Below are positions 1 to 10,502 of a stretch of DNA of 64,000 bases, in pieces. The translations under genes and the position numbers were made by a program. Within the stretch, counting starts at the first letter, position 1; each line of letters opens with the position of its first letter. Below the pieces are notes generated by a model, which was given only the letters and a program-made list of their open reading frames with translations, was not told the origin of the DNA and did not search any database. Origin of the DNA: an uncultured Planctomycetales bacterium. GTDB lineage: Bacteria; Planctomycetota; UBA1135. The stretch spans positions 92,626 to 156,625 of the forward strand of contig CAYFGE010000006.1 of NCBI GenBank assembly GCA_964342475.1. Reading direction: 5' to 3'.

Positions 1-1
1 C

Positions 2-1613
<1,612 letters not shown>

Positions 1614-1624
<11 letters not shown>

Positions 1625-2222
1625 CACGGCCATCGTCCTCATCGGGTACCAGAACGAGATGTTCCACCCGGAGGGCTTCCTCCACGGCTCGATCAAGGAC
1701 TGCGCCGCCGAGAACCAGGTGCTGCCGAACACGGTGGCGCTGATCGAAGCCCTGCGCGAAACCGACGTCCCGATCATCCACACGACGATCAACTTCACCG
1801 ACGACTACGAGGAGCTCGAGCAGCCCGTCCGCCTGCTGAAGATGATCGTCGACTCGAACGCGCTGAAGGCCGGCTCGTTCGGCTCGGAGACGATCGGCGA
1901 GCTGCGCGCCTTCGGCGACCGCATCCTCGACGTCCCCGGCAAGCGCGGTCTCAACGCCTTCATCGGCACCGACCTCGACGAGGTGCTCAAGGCGCGCGGC
2001 GTGCGCACCATCGTGCTGGCCGGCGTGGCCACCTCGATCTGCGTCGACTCCACCGCCCGCCTCGGCATGGAGCTCGGCTACCGCGTCGTCGTGCTCGAGG
2101 ACTGCACCGCGGGCCGCACGATGACCGAGCAGGAGCTCTACTGCCAGAGCATCTTCCCGATCTACTCCGAGGTGATGAAGAGCGGCGAGCTGCTCGATTC
2201 GCTCGGTGTCGTCCATGCCTGA
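1614..2222 (+). CDS. isochorismatase-family cysteine hydrolase
   Basis: 202 aa. Family-like TIVLAGVATSICVDSTARLG (catalytic Cys context) and an N-terminal AIVLIGYQNE strand. The start overlaps the upstream stop by 11 nt. Confidence 0.8.
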
Positions 2223-3747
2223 CCGCGACCGGCGCTCGCACGAGGTCTCCACCCAGATCCACTACCGCCTGGTGGAGGAGCTGGCTGCGAGCCGTGCGCA
2301 GTACCAGGAGCTGGTCGAGTCGATCCCCGAGATCGTCCTCGAGCTGGACCGGGAGGGGCGGCTGAGCTTCCTCAACCCCGCCTGGCGCGCCAAGCTCGGC
2401 TACAGCCTCGAGGAGTCCCTCGGCAAGGAGCTGACCGGCTTCGTCCACCGCGAGGACCTCGGCAATTTCCACCTCGCGCGCTCCGAGGGGCGCGAGGAGA
2501 ACGCCGCGGCCTACCGCCTGCAGGACGTCTTCCGCCTGCGCACGGCGACGGGCGAGACGCGCTGGTTCGCCTGGGCCGGCGGCAACTCGAGCGCGACGAG
2601 CACCACCGGCCTGCTGATCGACGCCACCGACCAGGTGCGGGCGGACGAGCTGCAGCGCGTGCTGCACAAGGAGCTGCTGTCGCAGAACCTGGTGCTCGAG
2701 CGGCAGAGCAACCGCATCAAGAACCTCTTCGACCACCTGTCGGAGGGCGTCTTCCTGCTCGACAGCGGCTTCCGCATCATCCACGTCAACCTGGCTGCCA
2801 AGGCGCGCCTGGGCTTCCCCTCGGGGGCCGAGGACGGCCAGGACTTCTTCGCCCTGCTGGCCACAGCGGGCGTCGGCGACCTGCCCACGGACGTGCTCGA
2901 CGGCGAGTCCGGCGGCTTCGAGGCCGAGATCGTCGACCGCACCGACGAGCACCGCTTCCTGAGCTTCTCCTTCCGCCAGATCCTGGCCTCGGCGAAGGAG
3001 CGCCCCTACCTGCTCGTCGTGCTCCGCGACGTCACCGCCGAGCGCAAGGTGGCCGCCGAGAAGCAGCGCTTCCTCGACAACTTCTCGCACGAGCTGCGCA
3101 CGCCGCTGACCTCGATCTACGGCTTCACCCAGACCCTGCTCGACACCGAGGACATCCCGGCCGACCAACAGCGCCGCTTCCTGACCATCATCCAGCGGCA
3201 GTCGCAGCGGCTGCGCCGGCTGATCGACGGCGTGCTGCAGCTGAGCGAGACCAACGTGGAGCAGGGCGAGATCGTCACCGAGGCGGTCGAGCTGCAGCCC
3301 CTGCTCGAGCGGATGCGCGAGGAGTTCGCGCCGGTGGTGGCGGAGAAGGGGCAGCGGCTGCTGCTCGAGACCGGCGCCGGGACGCCGCGCGTCACCTGGA
3401 ACCGCAAGCACCTCGAGACGGCGGTCAGCAACCTGCTGTCCAACGCGATCAAGTACTCGCCGGAGGACGCGACCATCCTGCTGCGCGCCGTCGAGGACGA
3501 CGAGGAGCTGCGCATCGAGGTGCTCGACGAGGGCATCGGGGTCCCGCCCGGCGACCGCTGGAAGATCTTCCAGCGCTTCTTCCGCACCTCGATCTCGCGC
3601 GACACCGAGGGCGGCACCGGACTGGGCCTCGCCATCTCGCGCGAGACCATGCAGCTGCTCGGCGGCGACGTGCGCTACGCGCCGCGCGAGGGGCAGGGTT
3701 CCTGCTTCTCGGTCGTGGTGCCGCTCAGGACGGCTCCGCGGACCTGA
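2206..3747 (+). CDS. PAS-domain sensor histidine kinase, apparently cytoplasmic
   Basis: H-box FSHELRTPLTSIYGF; ATPase boxes LLSNAIKYSP, DEGIGVP, GGTGLGLAISRE. PAS-like segments lie upstream and no obvious TM helix is seen. The start overlaps the upstream stop by 17 nt. Confidence 0.9.
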   Translation: MSSMPDRDRRSHEVSTQIHYRLVEELAASRAQYQELVESIPEIVLELDREGRLSFLNPAWRAKLGYSLEESLGKELTGFVHREDLGNFHLARSEGREENAAAYRLQDVFRLRTATGETRWFAWAGGNSSATSTTGLLIDATDQVRADELQRVLHKELLSQNLVLERQSNRIKNLFDHLSEGVFLLDSGFRIIHVNLAAKARLGFPSGAEDGQDFFALLATAGVGDLPTDVLDGESGGFEAEIVDRTDEHRFLSFSFRQILASAKERPYLLVVLRDVTAERKVAAEKQRFLDNFSHELRTPLTSIYGFTQTLLDTEDIPADQQRRFLTIIQRQSQRLRRLIDGVLQLSETNVEQGEIVTEAVELQPLLERMREEFAPVVAEKGQRLLLETGAGTPRVTWNRKHLETAVSNLLSNAIKYSPEDATILLRAVEDDEELRIEVLDEGIGVPPGDRWKIFQRFFRTSISRDTEGGTGLGLAISRETMQLLGGDVRYAPREGQGSCFSVVVPLRTAPRT

Positions 3748-4111
3748 GCCCCTCGGCCACGACCACCGGCAGCTCCTTCGGCTCGAAGGGCTTGGCGACG
3801 AAGGCGAAGACCTTGCTGTCGGCGGCCTTCTCCGCCTCCTTGACCGAGGCCGACAACAGGATCACGGGTGTCGACTCGGTGGCCGGCTCGCGCCGCAGGC
3901 GCTCGAGCACCTGCCAGCCGCTGAGGTCGGGCAGGACCAGGTCGAGCAGGATCAGGTCGGGCCGGATCTCGGCCGCACGGGCCAGGGCCTCCTCGCCCGT
4001 GGCCGCCTCGGTGACCGCGTAGCCGGCGCGCTCGAGGTGGAAGGCGGCCAGCTCGCTGACCGTGGGCTCGTCGTCGACGAGGAGGATGCGGGGCGAGGGC
4101 GTTTCGGACAT
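3725..4111 (-). CDS. single-domain CheY-like response regulator receiver
   Basis: Only the last 128 aa of the 541-aa track ORF look real: MSETPSPRILLVDDEP...DLILLDLVLPDLSG...FVAKPFEP. ATG at 4111..4109. The upstream part is a shadow frame over the opposite-strand permease. Confidence 0.9.
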   Translation of the reverse strand: MSETPSPRILLVDDEPTVSELAAFHLERAGYAVTEAATGEEALARAAEIRPDLILLDLVLPDLSGWQVLERLRREPATESTPVILLSASVKEAEKAADSKVFAFVAKPFEPKELPVVVAEGLRSAEPS

Positions 4112-4142
4112 GAGGGTTCCTGATCCATCTGCGGACGTGTGG

Positions 4143-4148
4143 ATTCTA
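4143..4148 (-). promoter_or_regulatory. candidate -10 box TAGAAT (within GGGGCTAGAATCC) for the receiver gene
   Basis: The reverse complement reads TAGAAT, 31 nt upstream of ATG 4111. The same 13-mer GGATTCTAGCCCC recurs at 34430..34442. Confidence 0.45.
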
Positions 4149-4195
4149 GCCCCACCCTTTCTCCGGCCGCGCCCGGCGGCGGCGGCGGGGCCGGA

Positions 4196-4201
4196 TAGAA
4201 T
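4196..4201 (+). promoter_or_regulatory. candidate -10 box TAGAAT inside palindrome CCGGATAGAATCCGG
   Basis: TAGAAT on the plus strand, 31 nt upstream of the GTG at 4233. It is flanked by the 6-bp inverted repeat CCGGAT/ATCCGG. Confidence 0.4.
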
Positions 4202-4232
4202 CCGGCGCGCTCCCGCGCACCGCAGCCGGCCC

Positions 4233-6071
4233 GTGACCTTCCTGCTCCCGCTCAGCATCCTCGCCCTCGCGGCCGGCCCGCTCCTGTTCCGGCTGACGCG
4301 GCTGTCGCGCCCGGCGGCGGCGGGCCTGGACGGCTTCGTCCGCGTGGCGGTGGCCGGCCTGCTCCTGGTCCACGTCATGCCCGAGGCCTTCGAGGTGTCG
4401 GGCTGGGCGGCGGCCGCCGCCTTCCTCGGCGGCCTGCTCGTGCCGCTCGGCCTGCACCGGGCCATGCGCGGCACCGGAGGCACGGGGCTGCTGGCCGAGC
4501 TCGGCCTGGCGGTCACCGCCTTCGCCCTGCACGCCTTCCTCGACGGGGCCGCCCTGGTCGAGCACGACGAGCACGCCGGCTTCAGCAGCCGGATGCTGGC
4601 CGCGGCGGTGGTCCTCCACCGCCTGCCGGTGGGCATCGGGGTCTGGTGGCTGGTGCGCCCCCGCTTCGGCCGCACGGCGGCCTTCTCGGTGCTCGGCATC
4701 CTGGCCGCCGCGACCGCCGCCGGCAGCCTGTTCCACGAGAGCGCGCTGGCCGGCGCCGGCTCGACCGGGCTGGCCGCCTTCCAGGCCTTCATGGCCGGCG
4801 CCCTGCTGCACGTCGTCGTCGGCCACACCTTCCAGTTGAAGGAGGGGCTGCGCCCGGGCGCCGACCGCGCCTGGTCCGGGGTCGGCGGCCTGGCCGGCAT
4901 CGGCCTGCTCGCGCTCTTCGCCAGCCTCCACGGCCGCGCCAAGGGCGAGCTGCCCGCCGCGCCCGCCCTGCGCGCCTTCGTCGAGCTGGCGGCGCAGAGC
5001 GCGCCCGCCCTGCTCGCCGCCTCGTTGACCATCTGGCTGACCAAGGCCCTCGTCCCCGGCAGCATGGTCCGCTTCTTCCACGGCCGCACGCGCTTCGGCC
5101 AGGCGCTGCGCGGGACGGTGGCCGGCCTGCCGCTGCCGATCTGTTCCTGCGGGGTGATCCCGATGTACCGCAGCCTGATCCAGGCGCGCACCCCCGCGCC
5201 TGCCGCGATGGCCTTCCTGGTCGCCGCGCCCGAGGTCGGCTGGGCCGCGATCCTGCTCTCGCTCGGCCTGCTCGGGCCGGAGATGACCGGGCTGCGCCTC
5301 GCCGGGGCCGCGCTGCTCGCCCTCGGCGTCGGCGTGCTGGTCGGCGGCATGGCCGAGCGCTCGCGGCGCGAGGGCGAACCCGAGCCCGCCCCCGAGGCGC
5401 GGCCCCCGCTCGGCGAGCGCTTCCGCGCCGGCTTCCGCTACGGCTTCGGCACGGTGATGGACGACACCGCGCCGTGGATCGTCTTCGGCCTGCTGGTGGC
5501 GGCGGTGCTCGAGCCGACGCTGGAGGCCGACCTCCTGCTCGGCCTGCCGGCCGGCGTGGACGTGCTGCTCGCCACCCTGATCGGCCTGCCGCTCTACGTC
5601 TGCGCCTCCGGCTCGACCCCGCTGGTCGCGGTGCTGCTGCTCAAGGGCCTGTCGCCCGGCGCCGCCGTCGCCTTCCTGTTGACCGGCCCGGCCACCAACG
5701 TCACCACCGCCGGCCTGCTGGCGCAGATGCACGGCAAGCGCGTCGCGGGCGCCTTCGCCGCGGCGATGATCGCGCTGGCGGTGGCGCTGGGCCTCGGCAC
5801 CAACGCCTTCCTCGGCAGCTACCGCGTCGCCGACGCGCTGCCGCACCACCACGAGCACCTCGGCCCCTTCCAGTGGCTGACCCTCGGCCTGCTGGCGGCC
5901 GCCTACCTCGCCAGCCTGCTCCGCCTCGGTGTCCCCGGCTTCTTCGCCAAGGTGATGCGGCCCCACGCCGACGACGCGCCGCCCCCGCCCTCCTGCTGCG
6001 CCGAGCCCACGCCGCCCCCGGCCCCGGAGCCCGAGCCGAAACCCTCCTGCTGCCACGCCCACGAGAAATGA
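4233..6071 (+). CDS. chimeric metal-type permease: ZIP-like N-terminal segment fused to an ArsP/COG0701-like permease, with a His/Cys-rich C-terminal tail
   Basis: N-terminal part has HVMPEAFE and HAFLDGAALVEHDEH (ZIP-like metal motifs). The central/C-terminal part has LPLPICSCGVIPMY (CSC motif of the predicted-permease/ArsP family). Tail is HHHEH...PPPPSCCAEP...PSCCHAHEK. The start is uncertain: the track ORF begins at 4062 but overlaps the receiver gene; GTG 4233 is in frame just before the first TM (VTFLLPLSILALAAG). Confidence 0.7.
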   Translation: MTFLLPLSILALAAGPLLFRLTRLSRPAAAGLDGFVRVAVAGLLLVHVMPEAFEVSGWAAAAAFLGGLLVPLGLHRAMRGTGGTGLLAELGLAVTAFALHAFLDGAALVEHDEHAGFSSRMLAAAVVLHRLPVGIGVWWLVRPRFGRTAAFSVLGILAAATAAGSLFHESALAGAGSTGLAAFQAFMAGALLHVVVGHTFQLKEGLRPGADRAWSGVGGLAGIGLLALFASLHGRAKGELPAAPALRAFVELAAQSAPALLAASLTIWLTKALVPGSMVRFFHGRTRFGQALRGTVAGLPLPICSCGVIPMYRSLIQARTPAPAAMAFLVAAPEVGWAAILLSLGLLGPEMTGLRLAGAALLALGVGVLVGGMAERSRREGEPEPAPEARPPLGERFRAGFRYGFGTVMDDTAPWIVFGLLVAAVLEPTLEADLLLGLPAGVDVLLATLIGLPLYVCASGSTPLVAVLLLKGLSPGAAVAFLLTGPATNVTTAGLLAQMHGKRVAGAFAAAMIALAVALGLGTNAFLGSYRVADALPHHHEHLGPFQWLTLGLLAAAYLASLLRLGVPGFFAKVMRPHADDAPPPPSCCAEPTPPPAPEPEPKPSCCHAHEK

Positions 6072-8893
6072 GACGACTGCTGACCCTCCTGCTCCTCCTC
6101 GCCCTCGCCCCGGCGCTGGCCGCCCAGACCGCCCGCGGCGAGGCGCGGCCGTGGCCCCACGAGTCCTCGGACATCCCGGTCGACCCGCGCATCCACTTCG
6201 GCAGCCTGCCGAACGGCCTGCGCTGGGCCTGGGCCGACCACGCCGAACCCGAGGAGCGCTGCTACCTGCGCCTGCACGTCAACGCCGGCAGCCTGGCCGA
6301 GCAGGACAGCGAGCAGGGCATGGCCCACTTCCTCGAACACCTGGCCTTCAACGGCTCGCGCAACTTCGCGCCGGGCACGCTGATCGAGTGGTTCCAGGAG
6401 CACGGCATGAGCTTCGGCGCGGACACCAACGCGCACACCTCCTTCAGCGAGACGGTGTACAAGCTCGACCTCCCCACCGGCGACGTGGAGACGCTGCGCG
6501 AGGGTCTCACCGTGATGCGCGACTTCGCCGACGGCCTGCTGCTCGAGGAGGAGGAGGTCCAGGCCGAGAAGGGGGTGATCGACGGCGAGCAGCGCGAGCG
6601 CGACTCGGCCGGCTTCCGCATGTTCCTGCAGCAGATGGAGCGGATGTACGCCGGCACGCGCTACGCCGAGCGGCTGCCGATCGGCAAGAAGGAGGTGCGC
6701 GACGCCTTCACCGCCGAGTCGGTGCGGGCCTTCTACACCAAGTGGTACCGCCCCGAGCACATGACCCTGGTGCTGGTGGGCGACCTCGGCGGCCTCGACC
6801 CGGCGCCGCTGTTCGAGGAGGCCTTCGGCGGCATGGTGCCGCCTCCCGGCCGCCCGGCGCTCGAGCCGGTCACCGGGCGCGTGACGAGCTACGAGCACGC
6901 CTTCTCCATCCACGAGGCCGAGATCCCCTCGGTCAGCCTGACCGTCTCGGTGCTGACGCCGTGGGAGGACGAGATGCCGACGCAGGCGGCCTGGGTCGAG
7001 CAGCTGCCGCTGCAGTACGCCCACAGCATGCTCAACCTGCGCTTCGCCGAGCTGGCCAAGGACGAGGACGCGCCCTTCCTCGGCGCCAGCGTCGGCGACG
7101 GCGACGAGCTGACCGCGATGCACAGCGAGAGCCTGTCGGTCCAGTGCAAGCCCGAGCAGTGGAGCGAGGCGCTGGCCTTCTGCGAGCAGGAGCTGCGCCG
7201 CGCGCTGGAGTTCGGCTTCCAGCAGGCCGAGCTCGACGAGCTGCGCGCCGACATGCTGCGCGGCCTGGACGAGGCGGTGGCGCGCGAGGCGACCCAGCAC
7301 AGCTCGGGCATCCTCGGCGAGATCCTGCTCGCCGCGGAGGAGCGCTACGTGCCGACCGACGCGGCGACCGTCCGCGCGATCCTGCGCCCGGCCATCGAGG
7401 CGCTGACGGTCGAGCAGTGCCACGCGGCCCTGGCCGCGGCCTGGGACGCCGGCCCGCTGTCCATCACCGCGATGGGCAAGCTCGACCTGGGCGAGGAGGC
7501 CGGCGCGCAGCTCCGCGCCGCCCTCGAGGCCAGCCGCGCCGTCCCGGTGGAGCGGATGGCCGACATCGTGGTGGACGCCTTCGCCTACGCCTCGAGCGCC
7601 GACGCGCCGGGCGAGGTGGTCGAGCGCCGCCACGTCGAGGACCTCGACTTCCACATGCTGCGCTTCGCCAACGGCGTCACGGTCAACATCAAGAAGACCG
7701 ACTTCAAGGAGAAGCAGATCCTGATCCAGGGCAACCTCGGCGAGGGCGGGCTGGCCTCCGCGCCGAGCGCCGAGACCTCGGCCGTCTCCTTCTTCGCCGA
7801 CGCCGCCTTCAACGGCGGCGGTCTCGTCGCGCACGACAACGAGGACCTGCGCCGCCTCACCGCCGGCCGCACGGTCGGCAGCGGCCTCGCCGTCGGCGAG
7901 GACCGCATCGTGGTCGGCGGCTCGACCACCGCCGAGGACCTGCTGCTGCAGTGCGAGCTGATGTGCGCCTGGCTCACCGCCCCGGGCTGGCGCGAGGACG
8001 GCATGGTGCAGATGAAGCGGCAGATCCCGCTGGTCTTCCAGGGCATGGCGCACCAGCACCAGGGCCCGCTGCTCACGGAGTTCCTGCCGGCGGTCTACGG
8101 CGGCGACCCGCGCTTCGGCCTCCCCGCCCAGGAGACGCTCGAGGCCGTGACCATGGAGCAGGTCCGCGCCCTGGTCGACCCGCAGCTGGCCGACGCTCCG
8201 CTCGAGCTGAGCTTCGTCGGCGACCTCGACGTCGAGGAGGTGGTCGCCGCCTGCGCCCGCACCTTCGGCAAGCTGCCGCCGCGCCGCGCGCTGCGCGAGC
8301 ACGCCGAGCACCGCGTCGTCCCCGCAGCGCAGACCGGGCTGAAGCAGCTGCACACGGTGCAGACCCAGGTGCCGAAGTCGATGGTGCTGCTGCTCTACCC
8401 GGCCACCGACGGCCGCGACGCCGCCACGCGCCGCACCCTCTCCTTCCTCGGCACCGTGCTCAACGACCGCCTGCGCCTCGAGGTGCGGGAGAAGCTCGGC
8501 GCGGCCTACTCGCCCGGCGCCGGCACCCAGCTCAGCGAGGTCTTCCCCGGCAACGGCATGATCATGATCCAGGCCATGGCGGACCCGGAGAACGTGGACA
8601 CGCTGGTCGAGGCCTGCCTCGCCGCCGCCGACTCGCTCGCCACCGAGGGCGTCACGCAGGAGGAGACCGACCGCCTGCGCGAGCCGGTGCTCAACCAGAT
8701 CCGCGACGCGCGCCGCACCAACGGCTACTGGCTCGGCGCCATCGAGGACGCCCACCGCGCGCCCGCCTCGATCGAGAACGTGCGCACCGTGACCGCCTTC
8801 TACGAGGCGCTCGACGCCGCCGCGCTCAGCGCGATGGCCGCCGAGTACCTCGGCCGCGCGCGCGCCGACGTCCTGGTGGTCGACCCCGAGTGA
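6068..8893 (+). CDS. secreted M16-family (insulinase/pitrilysin-like) zinc metalloprotease
   Basis: Signal peptide MRRLLTLLLLLALAPALAAQ and inverted zinc motif HFLEH (HxxEH), ~941 aa, two-lobe size. ATG 6068 overlaps the permease stop (ATGA). The first 474 aa of track ORF 4646..8893 are a shadow frame. Confidence 0.9.
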   Translation: MRRLLTLLLLLALAPALAAQTARGEARPWPHESSDIPVDPRIHFGSLPNGLRWAWADHAEPEERCYLRLHVNAGSLAEQDSEQGMAHFLEHLAFNGSRNFAPGTLIEWFQEHGMSFGADTNAHTSFSETVYKLDLPTGDVETLREGLTVMRDFADGLLLEEEEVQAEKGVIDGEQRERDSAGFRMFLQQMERMYAGTRYAERLPIGKKEVRDAFTAESVRAFYTKWYRPEHMTLVLVGDLGGLDPAPLFEEAFGGMVPPPGRPALEPVTGRVTSYEHAFSIHEAEIPSVSLTVSVLTPWEDEMPTQAAWVEQLPLQYAHSMLNLRFAELAKDEDAPFLGASVGDGDELTAMHSESLSVQCKPEQWSEALAFCEQELRRALEFGFQQAELDELRADMLRGLDEAVAREATQHSSGILGEILLAAEERYVPTDAATVRAILRPAIEALTVEQCHAALAAAWDAGPLSITAMGKLDLGEEAGAQLRAALEASRAVPVERMADIVVDAFAYASSADAPGEVVERRHVEDLDFHMLRFANGVTVNIKKTDFKEKQILIQGNLGEGGLASAPSAETSAVSFFADAAFNGGGLVAHDNEDLRRLTAGRTVGSGLAVGEDRIVVGGSTTAEDLLLQCELMCAWLTAPGWREDGMVQMKRQIPLVFQGMAHQHQGPLLTEFLPAVYGGDPRFGLPAQETLEAVTMEQVRALVDPQLADAPLELSFVGDLDVEEVVAACARTFGKLPPRRALREHAEHRVVPAAQTGLKQLHTVQTQVPKSMVLLLYPATDGRDAATRRTLSFLGTVLNDRLRLEVREKLGAAYSPGAGTQLSEVFPGNGMIMIQAMADPENVDTLVEACLAAADSLATEGVTQEETDRLREPVLNQIRDARRTNGYWLGAIEDAHRAPASIENVRTVTAFYEALDAAALSAMAAEYLGRARADVLVVDPE

Positions 8894-8918
8894 GCCCGGA
8901 GCCCGCTCCCCCGCCACC

Positions 8919-10502
8919 ATGCAGGACGAACGCCGACGCGCCGAGATCCTCGACCGCATCGCGGCCGCGGGCGGCCTCGACGCCGGCGTCGCGGCCGAGG
9001 TCGCCGCGGCGACCGGGGTGCCCGAGGCCGAGGTGTGGGGCGCGGGCAGCTTCTTCCACCTGCTCGACGACCCGGCGGTGAAGCTGCGCGTGTGCACCGG
9101 CCTGTCGTGCGCCCGGCGGGGCGCCCACGAGCTGCTCGCCCGCGCGCGGGAGGCCGGGATGCCGGCCGCCGGCTGCTCCTGCCTGGCCGCCTGCGACCTC
9201 GCCCCCGCCGCGATGCGCGAGCGGGAGGTCCTGCCCGCGCTCGCCGCCGCCGAGCTCGACGCCGCTGGCGGGGACTGGCGCGCCGTCCGCTCCGAGCAGC
9301 CGGACTGGCGCGGCGCGGTCGGCGCCCTGCCCGGCGAGCGGGCCATGGACCTGGAAGGCGCGCCCGACCGGAGCGGGACGGCCTTCGCGCGCGCCGCCGA
9401 GCTGGGCGCCGAGGCCGTGATCGCCGAGCTCGAGGCCGCCGGCCTGCAGGGCCGCGGCGGCGCCGGCTTCCCCGCCGCCTTCAAGTGGAAGGCGGTGCGC
9501 GGCGAGGCCTCCCCCACCCGCTACGTAGTGCTCAACGCCGACGAGGGCGAGCCGGGCACCTTCAAGGACCGCGAGCTCCTGCTGCGCCGCCCCGACCTGG
9601 TGGTCGAGGGCCTCGCCATCGCCGCCGCCGCGGTCGGCGCGCGCGAGGTGTGGTGCTACCTGCGCGGCGAGTTCGGCGGGCCGTGGCGGTCTCTGCAGGC
9701 CGAGGTCGACGCCGCGCGCGCGGACGGCCGCTACCCGGGCGTCACCTTCCACCTGCACGCCGGCCACGGCGCCTACATCTGCGGCGAGGAGACCGCGCTG
9801 CTCGAGGCGCTCGAGGGCAAGCGCGGCATGCCGCGGTTGAAGCCCCCCTTCCCCACCCAGGCCGGGCTGTGGGGCGAGCCGACGCTGATCCACAACGTCG
9901 AGACGATCGCCTGCGTCCCTGCCATCGTGCGCCGCGGCGGCGCCTGGTTCGCCGCCCTCGGCCGCACCGGACCGGGCACCAAGCTCTACTGCCTCAGCGG
10001 CGACGTCGCGCGGCCCGGCGTTTACGAGGCGCCGCTCGGGGCATCGCTCGACGAGCTGCTCGAGCTCGCCGGCGGAGCGGTCGGGAAGCTCAAGGCCTTC
10101 TCGCCCGGCGGCGCGTCGTCCGGTTTCCTGCCGGCCAGCGAGTCGGGCCGCCCGCTCGACTTCCGCAGCCTGGCCGAGGCCGGCTCGATGCTCGGCTCGG
10201 CCGGCGTCGTGGTGCTCAACGCGGAGGTCTCGGTGGCCGAAGCCGCCCTCGAACAGCTGCGCTTCTTCGAGGCGGAGAGCTGCGGGCAGTGCGCGCCCTG
10301 CCGCATCGGCACCCGCTTCCTGCGCGAGGCGGTCGAGCGCGCGCAGGAAGCGGGCGGCGCCGAGGAGCGCCGCGCCGCCCTGCGCCACGTCGCCGACGCA
10401 GCCTGGCAGATGAACGAGGGCTCGATCTGCGGCCTCGGCCAGGCCGCCCCCCTGCCGCTGACCAGCGCGCTGAAGTGGTTCCCCGAGGACTTCGCACCGT
10501 GA
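8919..10502 (+). CDS. NAD(P)H-linked formate dehydrogenase beta-like subunit (NuoE-like plus NuoF-like fusion)
   Basis: N-terminal 2Fe-2S-like Cys pattern (CTGLSC...CSCLAAC), NuoF-type GRGGAGFPAAFKW, and 4Fe-4S ESCGQCAPCRIG. Confidence 0.85.
   Translation: MQDERRRAEILDRIAAAGGLDAGVAAEVAAATGVPEAEVWGAGSFFHLLDDPAVKLRVCTGLSCARRGAHELLARAREAGMPAAGCSCLAACDLAPAAMREREVLPALAAAELDAAGGDWRAVRSEQPDWRGAVGALPGERAMDLEGAPDRSGTAFARAAELGAEAVIAELEAAGLQGRGGAGFPAAFKWKAVRGEASPTRYVVLNADEGEPGTFKDRELLLRRPDLVVEGLAIAAAAVGAREVWCYLRGEFGGPWRSLQAEVDAARADGRYPGVTFHLHAGHGAYICGEETALLEALEGKRGMPRLKPPFPTQAGLWGEPTLIHNVETIACVPAIVRRGGAWFAALGRTGPGTKLYCLSGDVARPGVYEAPLGASLDELLELAGGAVGKLKAFSPGGASSGFLPASESGRPLDFRSLAEAGSMLGSAGVVVLNAEVSVAEAALEQLRFFEAESCGQCAPCRIGTRFLREAVERAQEAGGAEERRAALRHVADAAWQMNEGSICGLGQAAPLPLTSALKWFPEDFAP

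Noticed and set aside
3725-5350. 541-aa minus-strand ORF
   Set aside because: Only the C-terminal 128 aa form a receiver domain (ATG 4111). The remainder overlaps the plus-strand permease and is low-complexity.
4646-8893. Single 1415-aa ORF spanning the permease and the M16 protease
   Set aside because: The first ~474 aa are an Arg/Pro-rich alternative frame over the permease gene. A signal peptide and the HFLEH protease begin at ATG 6068, which is coupled to the permease stop.
5903-9517. 1204-aa minus-strand ORF, and similar giants at 10022..13099, 24322..27684, 27705..30773, 15573..17828, 4146..6062 and 31306..33552
   Set aside because: Their composition is dominated by Arg/Ala/Gly/Pro/Glu repeats with no family motifs. 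Each lies antisense to, or out of frame with, a gene that has clear motifs. These are the typical shadow ORFs of very GC-rich DNA, where stop codons are rare.
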